64,000 nucleotides of DNA from Vicinamibacterales bacterium. GTDB lineage: Bacteria; Acidobacteriota; Vicinamibacteria; Vicinamibacterales; UBA8438. Below, piece by piece: positions 47,593 to 57,681 of the stretch (position 1 is its first letter; the number at the start of each line of letters is the position of its first letter). A program made the translations under genes and the position numbers. The stretch lies in NCBI GenBank assembly GCA_036012905.1, contig DASCQF010000010.1, positions 7,991 to 71,990 on the forward strand. Direction: 5' to 3'. The notes under the pieces were generated by a model that was given only the letters and a program-made list of their open reading frames with translations, made no database searches and had not been told where the DNA came from.

Positions 47593-49364
47593 TAGCCCAG
47601 CGCGCCGTTGCGCGCCACGAGGGCGCGCGCGATGAGGGCGCGAGTCTCGACGAGCCCTACCGGTGTCGGCAGCCATGCGATGACCCGGTCGAGGGCGGCG
47701 GTGAGGCGGCTGTCCTCCAGCAGTGCCGCGAGCACCTCGGTGGACTCCTGCCGCACGCGATCGGCCGCACGGAAGAAGACGAGTCGCGCCAGCGCCGCCT
47801 CCAGCGACAGGTCGGCCTCCGGGCGAGCCCCGGTCAGCTTCAGCACCCGGAGGACCGTGCTTTCGGCACGATAGGTCTCCATGGCGATGTCGGCGAGGCT
47901 GCCGAGCAGCTGCTGCCGGTCCGGGTCGAAGAGCTGTTGGTCATCGACGACACCGGCCCACACCTCGCCGACGACGCAGAGAAAGACCTGCTTGAAGCCA
48001 CCGAGCTGGGCCCGCAACGCCGCGAGGCTGTCTCCACGCGGGTCGACCACAGGCGGAGTCAGCCCCGACACGGCATCTCGCAACGGAAGCTGGCCGCCAG
48101 CCGCACGTTTGAGGATGGATTTGGCGATGCTGAGCCGACAGATCTCGCTCGTACCTTCGTAGATACGGGTAATGCGCGAGTCTCGGTACCACCTGGCCGC
48201 CGGATACTCTTCGCTGTAGCCATTGCCGCCATAGACCTGGAGAGCTTCATCGGCAAGGCCGTTATAGGTCTCCGTGCCGATGACCTTCGCCATCGCGCAT
48301 TCTACCGAGAACTCGGCGAGAGTCCGCAGCTTCAAGTCGAGGGAGCTCGCGCCGCCGTCTCCCAGCCCCTCGGTCGCCGTGTACACCAGCCCGGCCGTGC
48401 GATAGGCGACCGACTCGGCGCCGTAGGCGCCCGCTGCCATCTCGGCCAGCTTCCGCTGGATCAGACCGAAGTCGGCAATCGGGTGTCCGAATTGCCGACG
48501 CTCGGTGGCGTACTGCGTGGTGGTGGCAAGGATCTTCTTGGCGATGCCGGCACAGTTGGCCGCCATCTTCATCCTCCCCAGGTTGAGCGTGCACAGCGCC
48601 ACCTTGTGGCCCTTACCGACCTCCCCGAGCAGATTCTCCACCGGGATCGCGACATCGGTGAGCTGTATCGGACAGACCGATGACCCGTGCTGGCCCATGA
48701 GCCGCTCGGGGTCGCCGACGACCACCCCCGGGGTATCGCGCTCGAGCAGAAAGGCGGAAAAGGCGGTGCCGTCTACCTTGGCGAACAGGATGAACAGATC
48801 GGCCCATCCGGCGTTCGTGATCCACTGCTTGGCGCCGTTTACGACAAAGTGCGTGCCCTCCGGATTCAGCACGGCCGCCGTCTTGATGTTCATCGCGTCG
48901 GAGCCGGAGCCGGGCTCGGTCAACGCGAAGGCGGCCATGAGGTCGCCGCTCATGCAGCGCGGCAAATACCGGTCGATCTGGGCCTCGGTGCCGAAGTAGG
49001 CGAGGGGCAGCGTGCCGACACCCTGATGCGCGAACACGGTCGACGCCAGACCGCCGAGATACGAGCGGGCCTCGGCCATGCCGGCGACCGCCAGCAGACC
49101 CAACCCGAGACCACCGTGCTCCTCGGGCACCTCCGCCATGAAGAGACCAAGGTCGGCGGCCTTCTTGAACAGGGGACGGATGACGTCGATGTTTTTGCGA
49201 TCGATCTCATCGAACCGCGGCGCCACTTCCCGTTCAGCGAACTCCCGGATCGAGCGCAGCAGGAGACGCTCGTCGTCACCCATGTCTTCAGGACAGACGA
49301 CGTCGTCGGGCTCAACATCGCCGAGGAGAAAGGCTGCGCCACGCTGTTGCGTCTTCACGGTCAT
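47592..49364 (-). CDS. Acyl-CoA dehydrogenase (FadE/VLCAD-length)
   Basis: FALTEPGSGSDA, NGAKQWITN, RRQFG.PI, QVYGGNGYSEEY, RIYEGTSEI. Confidence 0.95.
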   Translation of the reverse strand: MTVKTQQRGAAFLLGDVEPDDVVCPEDMGDDERLLLRSIREFAEREVAPRFDEIDRKNIDVIRPLFKKAADLGLFMAEVPEEHGGLGLGLLAVAGMAEARSYLGGLASTVFAHQGVGTLPLAYFGTEAQIDRYLPRCMSGDLMAAFALTEPGSGSDAMNIKTAAVLNPEGTHFVVNGAKQWITNAGWADLFILFAKVDGTAFSAFLLERDTPGVVVGDPERLMGQHGSSVCPIQLTDVAIPVENLLGEVGKGHKVALCTLNLGRMKMAANCAGIAKKILATTTQYATERRQFGHPIADFGLIQRKLAEMAAGAYGAESVAYRTAGLVYTATEGLGDGGASSLDLKLRTLAEFSVECAMAKVIGTETYNGLADEALQVYGGNGYSEEYPAARWYRDSRITRIYEGTSEICRLSIAKSILKRAAGGQLPLRDAVSGLTPPVVDPRGDSLAALRAQLGGFKQVFLCVVGEVWAGVVDDQQLFDPDRQQLLGSLADIAMETYRAESTVLRVLKLTGARPEADLSLEAALARLVFFRAADRVRQESTEVLAALLEDSRLTAALDRVIAWLPTPVGLVETRALIARALVARNGALG

Positions 49365-49373
49365 GGTGTGCTC

Positions 49374-50675
49374 CTACCCCATCTGCCCCGGCAGCCACAG
49401 GGCGATCTCGGGAAAGGCGATCAGCAGCGCCAGCACGACCAACTCACCGACCACGAAGGGGAGCACGCCCATGAAGATGTCCCCCATCGGCACCTCGGGT
49501 GCCGTGCGCCGCATGACGAAAACATTCGCGCCGATCGGGGGCGTCACAAGGGCGAGCTCGGCCATGACCACCGCGAAGACCCCAAACCAGACCGGGTCGA
49601 TGCCCAGCTCGTCGACGACCGGCATCACGAACGGTATCGTCAGCACCAGCATCCCGAACACGTCCACCATCGCGCCCAGCACCAGGTAGAGCAGCACCAG
49701 CAGTACGAGGAACGGCACCCGCCCCAGCTCCATTCCGACCAGCATCGCCACCAGGTTCTCGGTGATCCCCGTGATCGCCAGGAAGCGAGCCACCAGATAT
49801 CCGCCGACGATGATCGCGAAGATCATCGCGCTGATCAGGGCGGTTTCCTCGGCAGCCCTGCTCATGGCCAGCCTCGTCAGCCGGCGCCGCATCGCCGCGG
49901 TCAACAGCACGCCCGTGCACCCCACGCCGGCCGCCTCGGTAGGCGTGAAGATGCCCCCGTAGATGCCGCCGATCACGAGAAGGAACAGCCCCAGGATCGG
50001 CAGCAGGCCCACCGTCGAGGTCCACCGTTCGCGCCACGTCGCCTTCGGACCGGGTGGCCCCAGCGTCGGTGTCACGATGCACCGGACCAGGATGATCGCC
50101 GAGAACATCGCGGCGGTCAGAATGCCCGGCACGATGCCGGCGATAAAGAGCGAGCCGATCGACGTCTCGGTCATCACACCGTAAAAGATAAAGATGAGAC
50201 TGGGCGGGATGAGGATGCCGAGCGTTCCCGACGCGGCGAGCGCGCCGGTGGCCAGGCGAGGATGGTATTTGTAGCGTCGCATCTCGGGCATGACGATCGC
50301 GCCCATCGTCGCCACCGTCGCGATGCTCGAGCCGGTGACCGCGCCAAACGCGCCACAGGCCACCACCGAGGTGATCGCCATGCCTCCCGGCACCCGGCTG
50401 ATCCAGGTGCGTACGCCCTGGTAGAGGTCTGAGGCGAGGCCCGTCTGGAAGACGAGCTGCCCCATCAGCACGAAGAGCGGAATGGTGACGAAGACGAAGT
50501 TGCGTCCTTCGTCCCAGGGAATCAGCAGCGTGTGGGCCAGCGCGGGTCCTGGCCCCTCCAGTACCCAGAGCCCGACGGCGCCGGTGACGGCCATGGCGAG
50601 CGCGATCGGAACCCCCAGAATGAGGAGCACGACCATGGCAGCGATACCGATGAGACCGGCGAGGGTGAGGCTCAC
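49374..50675 (-). CDS. dctM: TRAP transporter large permease
   Basis: IPLFVLMG, FGAVTGSSIAT, GILIPPS, FTPTEAA, VTPPIG; GTGA overlap with dctQ. Confidence 0.93.
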   Translation of the reverse strand: MSLTLAGLIGIAAMVVLLILGVPIALAMAVTGAVGLWVLEGPGPALAHTLLIPWDEGRNFVFVTIPLFVLMGQLVFQTGLASDLYQGVRTWISRVPGGMAITSVVACGAFGAVTGSSIATVATMGAIVMPEMRRYKYHPRLATGALAASGTLGILIPPSLIFIFYGVMTETSIGSLFIAGIVPGILTAAMFSAIILVRCIVTPTLGPPGPKATWRERWTSTVGLLPILGLFLLVIGGIYGGIFTPTEAAGVGCTGVLLTAAMRRRLTRLAMSRAAEETALISAMIFAIIVGGYLVARFLAITGITENLVAMLVGMELGRVPFLVLLVLLYLVLGAMVDVFGMLVLTIPFVMPVVDELGIDPVWFGVFAVVMAELALVTPPIGANVFVMRRTAPEVPMGDIFMGVLPFVVGELVVLALLIAFPEIALWLPGQMG

Positions 50676-51313
50676 GAGGCGAGGTCGTCTCCGGGCGTCC
50701 GGTCGTCGCGTTCGGGCGCTGCAGACTCCGCGACGCGCTCGGCACGCTGCTCGTGTATGCGATGGTGCAGCTCGTCCTCCACGCCTGCGGGGTTCGCGAA
50801 TATGCGCGCGACCATCACGAACGCACACACCGACAGGAACCCCATGAACGGCCACAACGGCAGATTGAGGTCCTCACCCGTCTCTCCCGTCCGGATCATG
50901 AACGGTACAAAGCGGGCACCCTGCACCGCCATCAGCCCGAAGACGATGATGCCGGCCACCGACGACAGCACGTCCACGCCCCGTCTCCGCGCACTGGACA
51001 GGCGAATGTAGAAGACCTCCATGCGGATGTGGTACGCGCGGTCCCAGGCGTGCGGCAGCGCACAGAAGATCGTCATCAGGAGGAGGAGGCCGTTGGCGTC
51101 GCGGCCCCATTGCAGCGGCGCATTGAAGAGGTAGCGGAGGGCCACGTCCAGGGTGACCAGCACGACCAGCGACGGCATCGTCACGTAGAGGGCCAACCGA
51201 AATAGCTCGTAGGATGCCCGCTCTGACCATCGGTCGATGCGGTCCGCTGCCGGGTCGAGCCAGGCCAGCACTCCGTCCATATCCCCCACCGCCCCGTCGT
51301 CCCTCTGTGTCAC
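50672..51313 (-). CDS. dctQ: TRAP transporter small permease
   Basis: DVALRYLFNAPLQW, HIRMEV, four hydrophobic segments. Confidence 0.9.
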   Translation of the reverse strand: MTQRDDGAVGDMDGVLAWLDPAADRIDRWSERASYELFRLALYVTMPSLVVLVTLDVALRYLFNAPLQWGRDANGLLLLMTIFCALPHAWDRAYHIRMEVFYIRLSSARRRGVDVLSSVAGIIVFGLMAVQGARFVPFMIRTGETGEDLNLPLWPFMGFLSVCAFVMVARIFANPAGVEDELHHRIHEQRAERVAESAAPERDDRTPGDDLAS

Positions 51314-52476
51314 AACGCGATGATTCCTTGCACCGGGTTTGCCGAGGCGTAGTCCCAGAGCTGCTGGTCCGTCCAGTTTGCGTAGAGGGCGGCGCGCTCC
51401 TTTGCCTCGCGCACGAAAGCGGTGGCCGGCAGCCCCCGCCGCTCATTCTCGTCGATGAAACGCTGCTCCAGTGGCTGGACCGCGTCCACCCACGCCTGGC
51501 GCTCGGTGGGCGTCTGCTCGGTCACCTCGATACCCTCCGCCCTGAGCGTCTCGATGGCGATGTCCAGGTTCTCTCCACCGTAGAAGTTGCGGCTGGCCAC
51601 CTGCCCGTGCAGGCGGTAGAGATTGTAGAGCTGGACCCGCAGATCGCCTGGAAGCTCGTCAAAGGTACGCGGGTTCAGACAGAACTGGATGACGGTGTGC
51701 GTGAGGCCGACCCGCAGATAATGGGTCCCGGTCTCGTACAGGCGATAGGCCACCATGTCGGGCGCGCCCAGCGCCACGCCATCAATGACGCCACGCTGGA
51801 AGGCGGTGTAGGTCTCGGCCGCCGCCAGCACCACCGGAACCGCCCCGACCTGACGGAGAATCTCCGCCATGAGTCCGCCGGTCGAGCGGATCTTTAGCCC
51901 ACGCATGTCTGCGGGCTCTCGAACCGGCCGCTTCGACATGATGTCGTAGGCGGTCGTCGAGTCGCAGTGGGCAAGGTAGACACCCATGCGCTCGTACTCG
52001 TCCTTCAGATACTCGGGATACAGCTCCTCGGACACGAGCGCGGCCACACCGGAGTTCGCGAAGAGAAACGGCAGTTGAAGGCCATGGGTCAGATGGAAGC
52101 TGCCCGGCTGGTACGTGGCATACCCGTGTGTGTAGTCGGTGACGCCCGAGGCCACCGCCTTGAACCCGTCGAGCGCCCCGTGCAGCAGCGCATCTACGTA
52201 GTGCTCCCAGCGGATGCGCCCTCCGGTCTGCTCGGTGACCATCGCCGACCAGGGCACGAAGACCTTGCTGTAAAGCCCATGGGAGTTGGGCACGTGCGCC
52301 GTGTAGCGCAGCAGCACCGAGTCGCCGGTGTCGCCCCGCTCGCCGCGCACGAAGGGGGCGAGCGCCCCGACGCCGAGGAGGGAGGCCAGGACGCGTCGCC
52401 GGCTCCAGACCGTTGCGGAATCGTGGGTGGCCACGGTGTTTCCTGGTGGCATAGAAGTCCAGCTCTGTCTTCTCAC
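51310..52476 (-). CDS. dctP: TRAP transporter substrate-binding protein, Tat-like signal
   Basis: SRRRVL; LPFLF; DMRGLKIRS; ETYTAFQRGVIDG. Confidence 0.9.
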   Translation of the reverse strand: MRRQSWTSMPPGNTVATHDSATVWSRRRVLASLLGVGALAPFVRGERGDTGDSVLLRYTAHVPNSHGLYSKVFVPWSAMVTEQTGGRIRWEHYVDALLHGALDGFKAVASGVTDYTHGYATYQPGSFHLTHGLQLPFLFANSGVAALVSEELYPEYLKDEYERMGVYLAHCDSTTAYDIMSKRPVREPADMRGLKIRSTGGLMAEILRQVGAVPVVLAAAETYTAFQRGVIDGVALGAPDMVAYRLYETGTHYLRVGLTHTVIQFCLNPRTFDELPGDLRVQLYNLYRLHGQVASRNFYGGENLDIAIETLRAEGIEVTEQTPTERQAWVDAVQPLEQRFIDENERRGLPATAFVREAKERAALYANWTDQQLWDYASANPVQGIIAL

Positions 52477-52536
52477 TCCTGACTTCTGCTTATCAAGCGA
52501 ACCGACACACCAGGAGGCATGAATCGCAACGATTCA

Positions 52537-52548
52537 GCCGAGTATACC
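52537..52548 (-). promoter_or_regulatory. -10 element variant GGTATACTCGGC for the TRAP operon
   Basis: 11/12 match to the recurrent motif. Confidence 0.5.
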
Positions 52549-52712
52549 TGTTCGGAGGCCGGTGTCAGGCCGGACGAGCGCGACTGCGCCGAACGCCGGA
52601 CCACGCCGACAACGGGCAGCCGGGCCGCGTCAGCCTGCAGGGGTCCCCGGCGCATGGTATCGTCGTGCGAAACTGCGACACCTAAAGGATCGCAAAGGGG
52701 GGGGACACCCAT

Positions 52713-54347
52713 ATGCAGCGGCTCCTGATCGCCATCGCCGTCACTGTGTGCACCGCACCGGCTTTCGCCCAACCGTCCGAATCGCAGCCCGGCGCGGCGC
52801 CTTCTTTCACGCCCGTCACCTGGGAGCGCCTGCTGAACGCGGCCGACGAGCCGGAGAACTGGCTGATGTATTCCGGCACGCTCGACAGCCAGCGCTTCAG
52901 TCGCCTCGATCAGGTGCACAACCGAAACGTCTCGGAGCTCGAGCTGAAGTGGGCCTACCAGATTCCGCAGCTCGACCGGTCCGAGGCGGTGCCGCTCGTG
53001 GTCGACGGGGTGATGTTCATCACCGAGGCGCCGAGCAACGTTGTGGCGGTCGATGCCGCCACCGGCCGGCAGTTCTGGCGCTACAACCACCCGCTCCCGG
53101 ACGATTTGCGCATCTGCTGCGGCCGGAACAACCGGGGCGTGGCGGTGCTGGGCGAGACGCTCTATATGAGCACGCTCGATGCGCGCCTGGTGGCGATCGA
53201 CGCTCGCAGCGGCAACGTCGTCTGGAACACGGCGGTCGCCGACTACCGGTCGGGGTACAGCAAGACCGCGGCGCCGCTGGTCGTCAAGGACAAGATCGTG
53301 ACCGGCATCGCTGGTGGCGAGTACGGGATCAAGGGGTTCATCGACTCCTACGACGCCAGCACCGGCGAGCTCGACTGGCGCGCCGACACGATACCGGGAC
53401 CCGACCACCCCGACAACCAGACCTGGGCCGGCGATTCGTGGCGCACCGGCGGGTCGGCGAGCTGGATTACCGGCGCCTACGACCCGGACCTCGACCTGGT
53501 CTACTGGGGCACCGGCAACCCGGGCCCGGACTGGAACGGCGACGTCCGGATGGGCGACAACCTGTATTCCGATTCCGCTATGGCGCTCAACATGGAGACC
53601 GGCGGCCTCGAGTGGTACTTCCAGTTCACGCCGCACGACGAGCACGACTGGGATGCCATCCAGGTGCCGATTCTCGCCGACCTGACAATGGACGGCGAAC
53701 AGCGCAAGGTGATGATGTGGGCGAACCGCAACGCCTTCTACTACACGCTGGACCGCGTGAACGGCGAGTTCCTGGTGGGCAAGCCGTTCGCCAAGCAGAC
53801 CTGGGCCGAGGGCCTGGACTCGAACGGTCGACCGATCCGTGTCCCCGACACCTTCCCCACACCGGAGGGCACGCTGGTGTCTCCGCCGGTGGTAGGCGGC
53901 ACCAACTGGTTCTCGCCCGCCTACAGTCCGCGCACGGAGCTGTTCTACGTGCAGGCCTATGACGGCGAGGACGTGTTCTACAAGCGTGACGAGGAGTATG
54001 TCGAAGGCGACCAGTTTACCGGTGGGGGCTTCCAGGCGCCGCTGCCGATCGAAAAATACCAGAGCGCGGTGCGCGCCATCGACCCGAAGACGGGTGACAT
54101 CCGGTGGGAATATCAGATCCAGCCGCGCTCGACCGCCGGGATGCTTGCCACGGCCGGCGACCTGGTGTTCAGCGGCAGTGTGGACGGCTACTTCTTCGCG
54201 CTCGACGCCGTGAGCGGCGAAGAGCTGTGGCACATCAACGTCGGCCGGCTGGTGCACTCGGCTCCGATGACCTACGCCGTCGATGGCAAGCAATACGTGA
54301 CGATCGCGGCCGGCAACGTCGTCTACACGTTCGGGCTCCGGGACTGA
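52713..54347 (+). CDS. PQQ-dependent alcohol-type dehydrogenase with DxD (lanthanide-type) motif
   Basis: ICCGRNNRG; AGGEYG; GTGNPGP; PHDEHDWDA; ANRNAFYY; GGTNW. Confidence 0.9.
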   Translation: MQRLLIAIAVTVCTAPAFAQPSESQPGAAPSFTPVTWERLLNAADEPENWLMYSGTLDSQRFSRLDQVHNRNVSELELKWAYQIPQLDRSEAVPLVVDGVMFITEAPSNVVAVDAATGRQFWRYNHPLPDDLRICCGRNNRGVAVLGETLYMSTLDARLVAIDARSGNVVWNTAVADYRSGYSKTAAPLVVKDKIVTGIAGGEYGIKGFIDSYDASTGELDWRADTIPGPDHPDNQTWAGDSWRTGGSASWITGAYDPDLDLVYWGTGNPGPDWNGDVRMGDNLYSDSAMALNMETGGLEWYFQFTPHDEHDWDAIQVPILADLTMDGEQRKVMMWANRNAFYYTLDRVNGEFLVGKPFAKQTWAEGLDSNGRPIRVPDTFPTPEGTLVSPPVVGGTNWFSPAYSPRTELFYVQAYDGEDVFYKRDEEYVEGDQFTGGGFQAPLPIEKYQSAVRAIDPKTGDIRWEYQIQPRSTAGMLATAGDLVFSGSVDGYFFALDAVSGEELWHINVGRLVHSAPMTYAVDGKQYVTIAAGNVVYTFGLRD

Positions 54348-54377
54348 AGAGGCGGGCGGCGTTTCGCTGATCTGAGA

Positions 54378-54447
54378 CGTGGCGCAGGCCTGAGAGCCTG
54401 CGAGACAAGGCGGGTTGCCCACCGCAAGGCTAAAGCCTTACGCCACG
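54378..54447. repeat. REP-like doublet downstream of the PQQ gene
   Basis: cgtggcgcaggcctgagagcctgcg ... cgcaaggctaaagccttacgccacg. Confidence 0.7.
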
Positions 54448-54468
54448 ATATCTGACGGGGGCTACTTA

Positions 54469-54625
54469 GGGTCCGCGCAAGAATAAGTGCCCCTTTTCGG
54501 GCGTCGAGGCGCCCGGCTGGCCAGGCGCGAGGAGGGAGCATACGGGCAGTATTCGACCGACGAGCAACGCCGCCAGACGGGATGGATCGGCGGCCGAAAA
54601 TGGGTAGTTATTCTTGCGCGGGCCC
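54469..54625 (+). mobile_element. 157-bp MITE, copy 2, with 18-bp TIRs and TTA target duplication
   Basis: tta|gggtccgcgcaagaataa ... ttattcttgcgcgggccc|tta (17/18 TIR). Confidence 0.9.
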
Positions 54626-54994
54626 TTAGCCTGGCGGGAGTCCGACGACCGGGTACCGGTAGTAATCCCCCTGGCTCGCCTTGATCGCGCCGACGATGGG
54701 CAGGGCGAGGGCGGCGAGGGCCATGGCGATCCAGAACATGATGACGACCGGAATGAGAATGATCGTGATCCAGAGCATGAACGTCGCGACAAACAGGACG
54801 AACACGATCAGGTTCAGGAGCAAGGCCTGCTTGGCGACACCCGCGATGACCGCCGCCTCGCTCTTCACCATCCAGATGATGATCGGCACGATCACGCCAC
54901 CGAGCGGGACGACGTAGCCGGCGAGACCCGAGAGATGGGCGCACACCGCGAGGCCCCGCTCCTCGGGTCCAATTGCCGGCGCTGTCTCCGTCAT
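54626..54994 (-). CDS. DUF4870 (Tic20-like) membrane protein
   Basis: AAGGAGG RBS; AHLSGL, PIIIWMVK, AKQAL, IVGAIKASQGDYYRYP. Confidence 0.88.
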   Translation of the reverse strand: MTETAPAIGPEERGLAVCAHLSGLAGYVVPLGGVIVPIIIWMVKSEAAVIAGVAKQALLLNLIVFVLFVATFMLWITIILIPVVIMFWIAMALAALALPIVGAIKASQGDYYRYPVVGLPPG

Positions 54995-55104
54995 CTCTCT
55001 GCCTCCTTCTTCGACTGACCACGACTGTGGACTATACGGACGCAGTTCCTGTCTATTCATCAGCACCGCCCCCCTCGACCAGGCGTGGTCGTGCGCCAGC
55101 GTCA

Positions 55105-55527
55105 CTACCCCGCCGGAGCGGCCATCAGTAACAGGATGGTCACAGCGAAAATTGTGCCGAGGAGCCCGAGCCCAAGAACAACGGCCCCAACTACCTTGAC
55201 GATCTTCGGCACTCCCCAGTTCGCGTTTGGCACGGCGACCTGCGCCGGTGGCGCCGTCAAGTGATCCGCGGGGCCGGCCGACTCAGCGCCGGGACCATAC
55301 GCGTCGGGCGCGTCCAACGTCGCCAGCACCTGCTCGACCGTGTCGAGTCCTGGGTTCGACGTCCGGGCTCTCAGCACCTCGGTGGCCTGCGCTTCGATGT
55401 CGTCCACCACCGACCGGCGTTCGCTTCGCTCCATCCCCTGGCCGGCCAGCCGCTGCTCGATCTCGTCAAGGTAGGCGTCAAGCCGTCGTCGGCCCTCCGC
55501 AGTCGGCTCAAAACTCTGGTTGACCAT
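55105..55527 (-). CDS. HAAS-type (DUF1700-like) membrane-anchored protein
   Basis: LDAYLDEIEQRL...ERRSVVDDIEAQ...VLATLDAPDAY plus a C-terminal TM segment; overlaps the PadR stop. Confidence 0.75.
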   Translation of the reverse strand: MVNQSFEPTAEGRRRLDAYLDEIEQRLAGQGMERSERRSVVDDIEAQATEVLRARTSNPGLDTVEQVLATLDAPDAYGPGAESAGPADHLTAPPAQVAVPNANWGVPKIVKVVGAVVLGLGLLGTIFAVTILLLMAAPAG

Positions 55528-55855
55528 GCCCGTCTCCTTTCACCAGCTTGTCGATCGCTCCACAGATGCGGGCCCAGTAGGCGCCCATCTCGTTCAACCT
55601 CGCGTGCCCGTCCGGGGTCAGCCGATAGTACCGGCGAGGTGGGCCAGACGGAGAATCTGCGGTACGCACGCTGACCAGCTTGTCCTTCGCCATCCGCGCC
55701 AGGATCGGATAGACCGTCGATCCGCCGACGGCCAGTTCCTGGGCCGCGGCCAGGCGCTGCACGATCTGGTAGCCATAGGCCTCGCCGTCGCCCACCGCCC
55801 CCATGACGCAGAACTCGACAAGCCCCTTCCTCAACTGTGATGCCCAACGCTGCAT
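55508..55855 (-). CDS. PadR family transcriptional regulator
   Basis: SQLRKG, YGYQI, TVYPILARM, SGPPRRYYRLTPDG. Confidence 0.92.
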   Translation of the reverse strand: MQRWASQLRKGLVEFCVMGAVGDGEAYGYQIVQRLAAAQELAVGGSTVYPILARMAKDKLVSVRTADSPSGPPRRYYRLTPDGHARLNEMGAYWARICGAIDKLVKGDGHGQPEF

Positions 55856-55872
55856 AGCTATTCTGTATCCCG

Positions 55873-55905
55873 CTATAACGTAATACGATATAGTGTCGTC
55901 GTCAA
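55873..55905 (-). promoter_or_regulatory. Sigma70 promoter (TTGACG-N17-TACGTT) overlapped by a 21-bp palindromic operator
   Basis: -35 at 55900-55905, -10 at 55877-55882; ctataacgta-a-tacgatatag at 55873..55893 (9/10 arm pairs). Confidence 0.75.
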
Positions 55906-55943
55906 GGCGCTCCGACAACTTTTCCCTGGAAGAGCGCCGCAGT

Positions 55944-56939
<996 letters not shown>

Positions 56940-56986
56940 ATCCGTCGATGCGCAAACATCAAAGTCTGCCACACTTAGTTGAGCCG

Positions 56987-57661
56987 ATGTCCCGTCCGCT
57001 GTGCCACGCCTGCCGCCGACCACAGGCAACATGCCTCTGTCCCTGCATCACCCCGTTCCGCACCCGCATGCGCTTCATCCTCCTGACGCACCCAAAGGAA
57101 TACAGGAGCAACCGCATCGGAACCGGACGCATCACCCATCTGTCGCTCCCGTGCTCGGAAGTGCACGTGGGAACCGACTTCCGACGGCATGCACGGGTGA
57201 ACGCGATCATCGACGCCCCCGACACAGACTGCCGCCTCGTCTACCCGGGAACCGACGGTGAGAACCTTTCCCGGGGCGAGTACCACCCAGTCCCAAGACG
57301 CCGACCGGTTTTCTGTCTGGTCGACGCCACATGGACCTGTGCGGGGAAGATCCTGCGATGCAGCGACAACGTGCGTGGGCTTCCGCGAGTGGGCTTCGAC
57401 GCGACCGGTCCATCGGCTTTTGCCATCAAGCGACAGCCACGACCAGGGTGCCTGGCCACAATCGAGGCCGCCTGGTGCTGCCTGACTCTGCTCGCGGCTG
57501 ACGGACACGAGGACTTCGGTGCACGGGACGGCCGCCGGCTGCTCGCCCCGTTCCAGCACATCATGGAGATTCAGCAGGGTTACCCGGGGGCGTCTCGGCG
57601 GGGGGTAACCCGTGCAGCGGTCCGCACCGGCAGAGCCGGTCCGAGGGGGCCGACGGCGTAG
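56987..57661 (+). CDS. tapT: DTW-domain tRNA-uridine aminocarboxypropyltransferase
   Basis: CHACRRP..TCLC, HPKE, TGR, VDATW, LATIEA. Confidence 0.82.
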   Translation: MSRPLCHACRRPQATCLCPCITPFRTRMRFILLTHPKEYRSNRIGTGRITHLSLPCSEVHVGTDFRRHARVNAIIDAPDTDCRLVYPGTDGENLSRGEYHPVPRRRPVFCLVDATWTCAGKILRCSDNVRGLPRVGFDATGPSAFAIKRQPRPGCLATIEAAWCCLTLLAADGHEDFGARDGRRLLAPFQHIMEIQQGYPGASRRGVTRAAVRTGRAGPRGPTA

Positions 57662-57681
57662 AATGGACACTGGAGGGAACC

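Noticed and set aside
45479-54422. Long antisense ORFs (45479..47383, 48687..50432, 52473..54422) and similar ones elsewhere
   Set aside because: Mirror frames of well-supported genes; no motifs and typical high-GC shadow composition.
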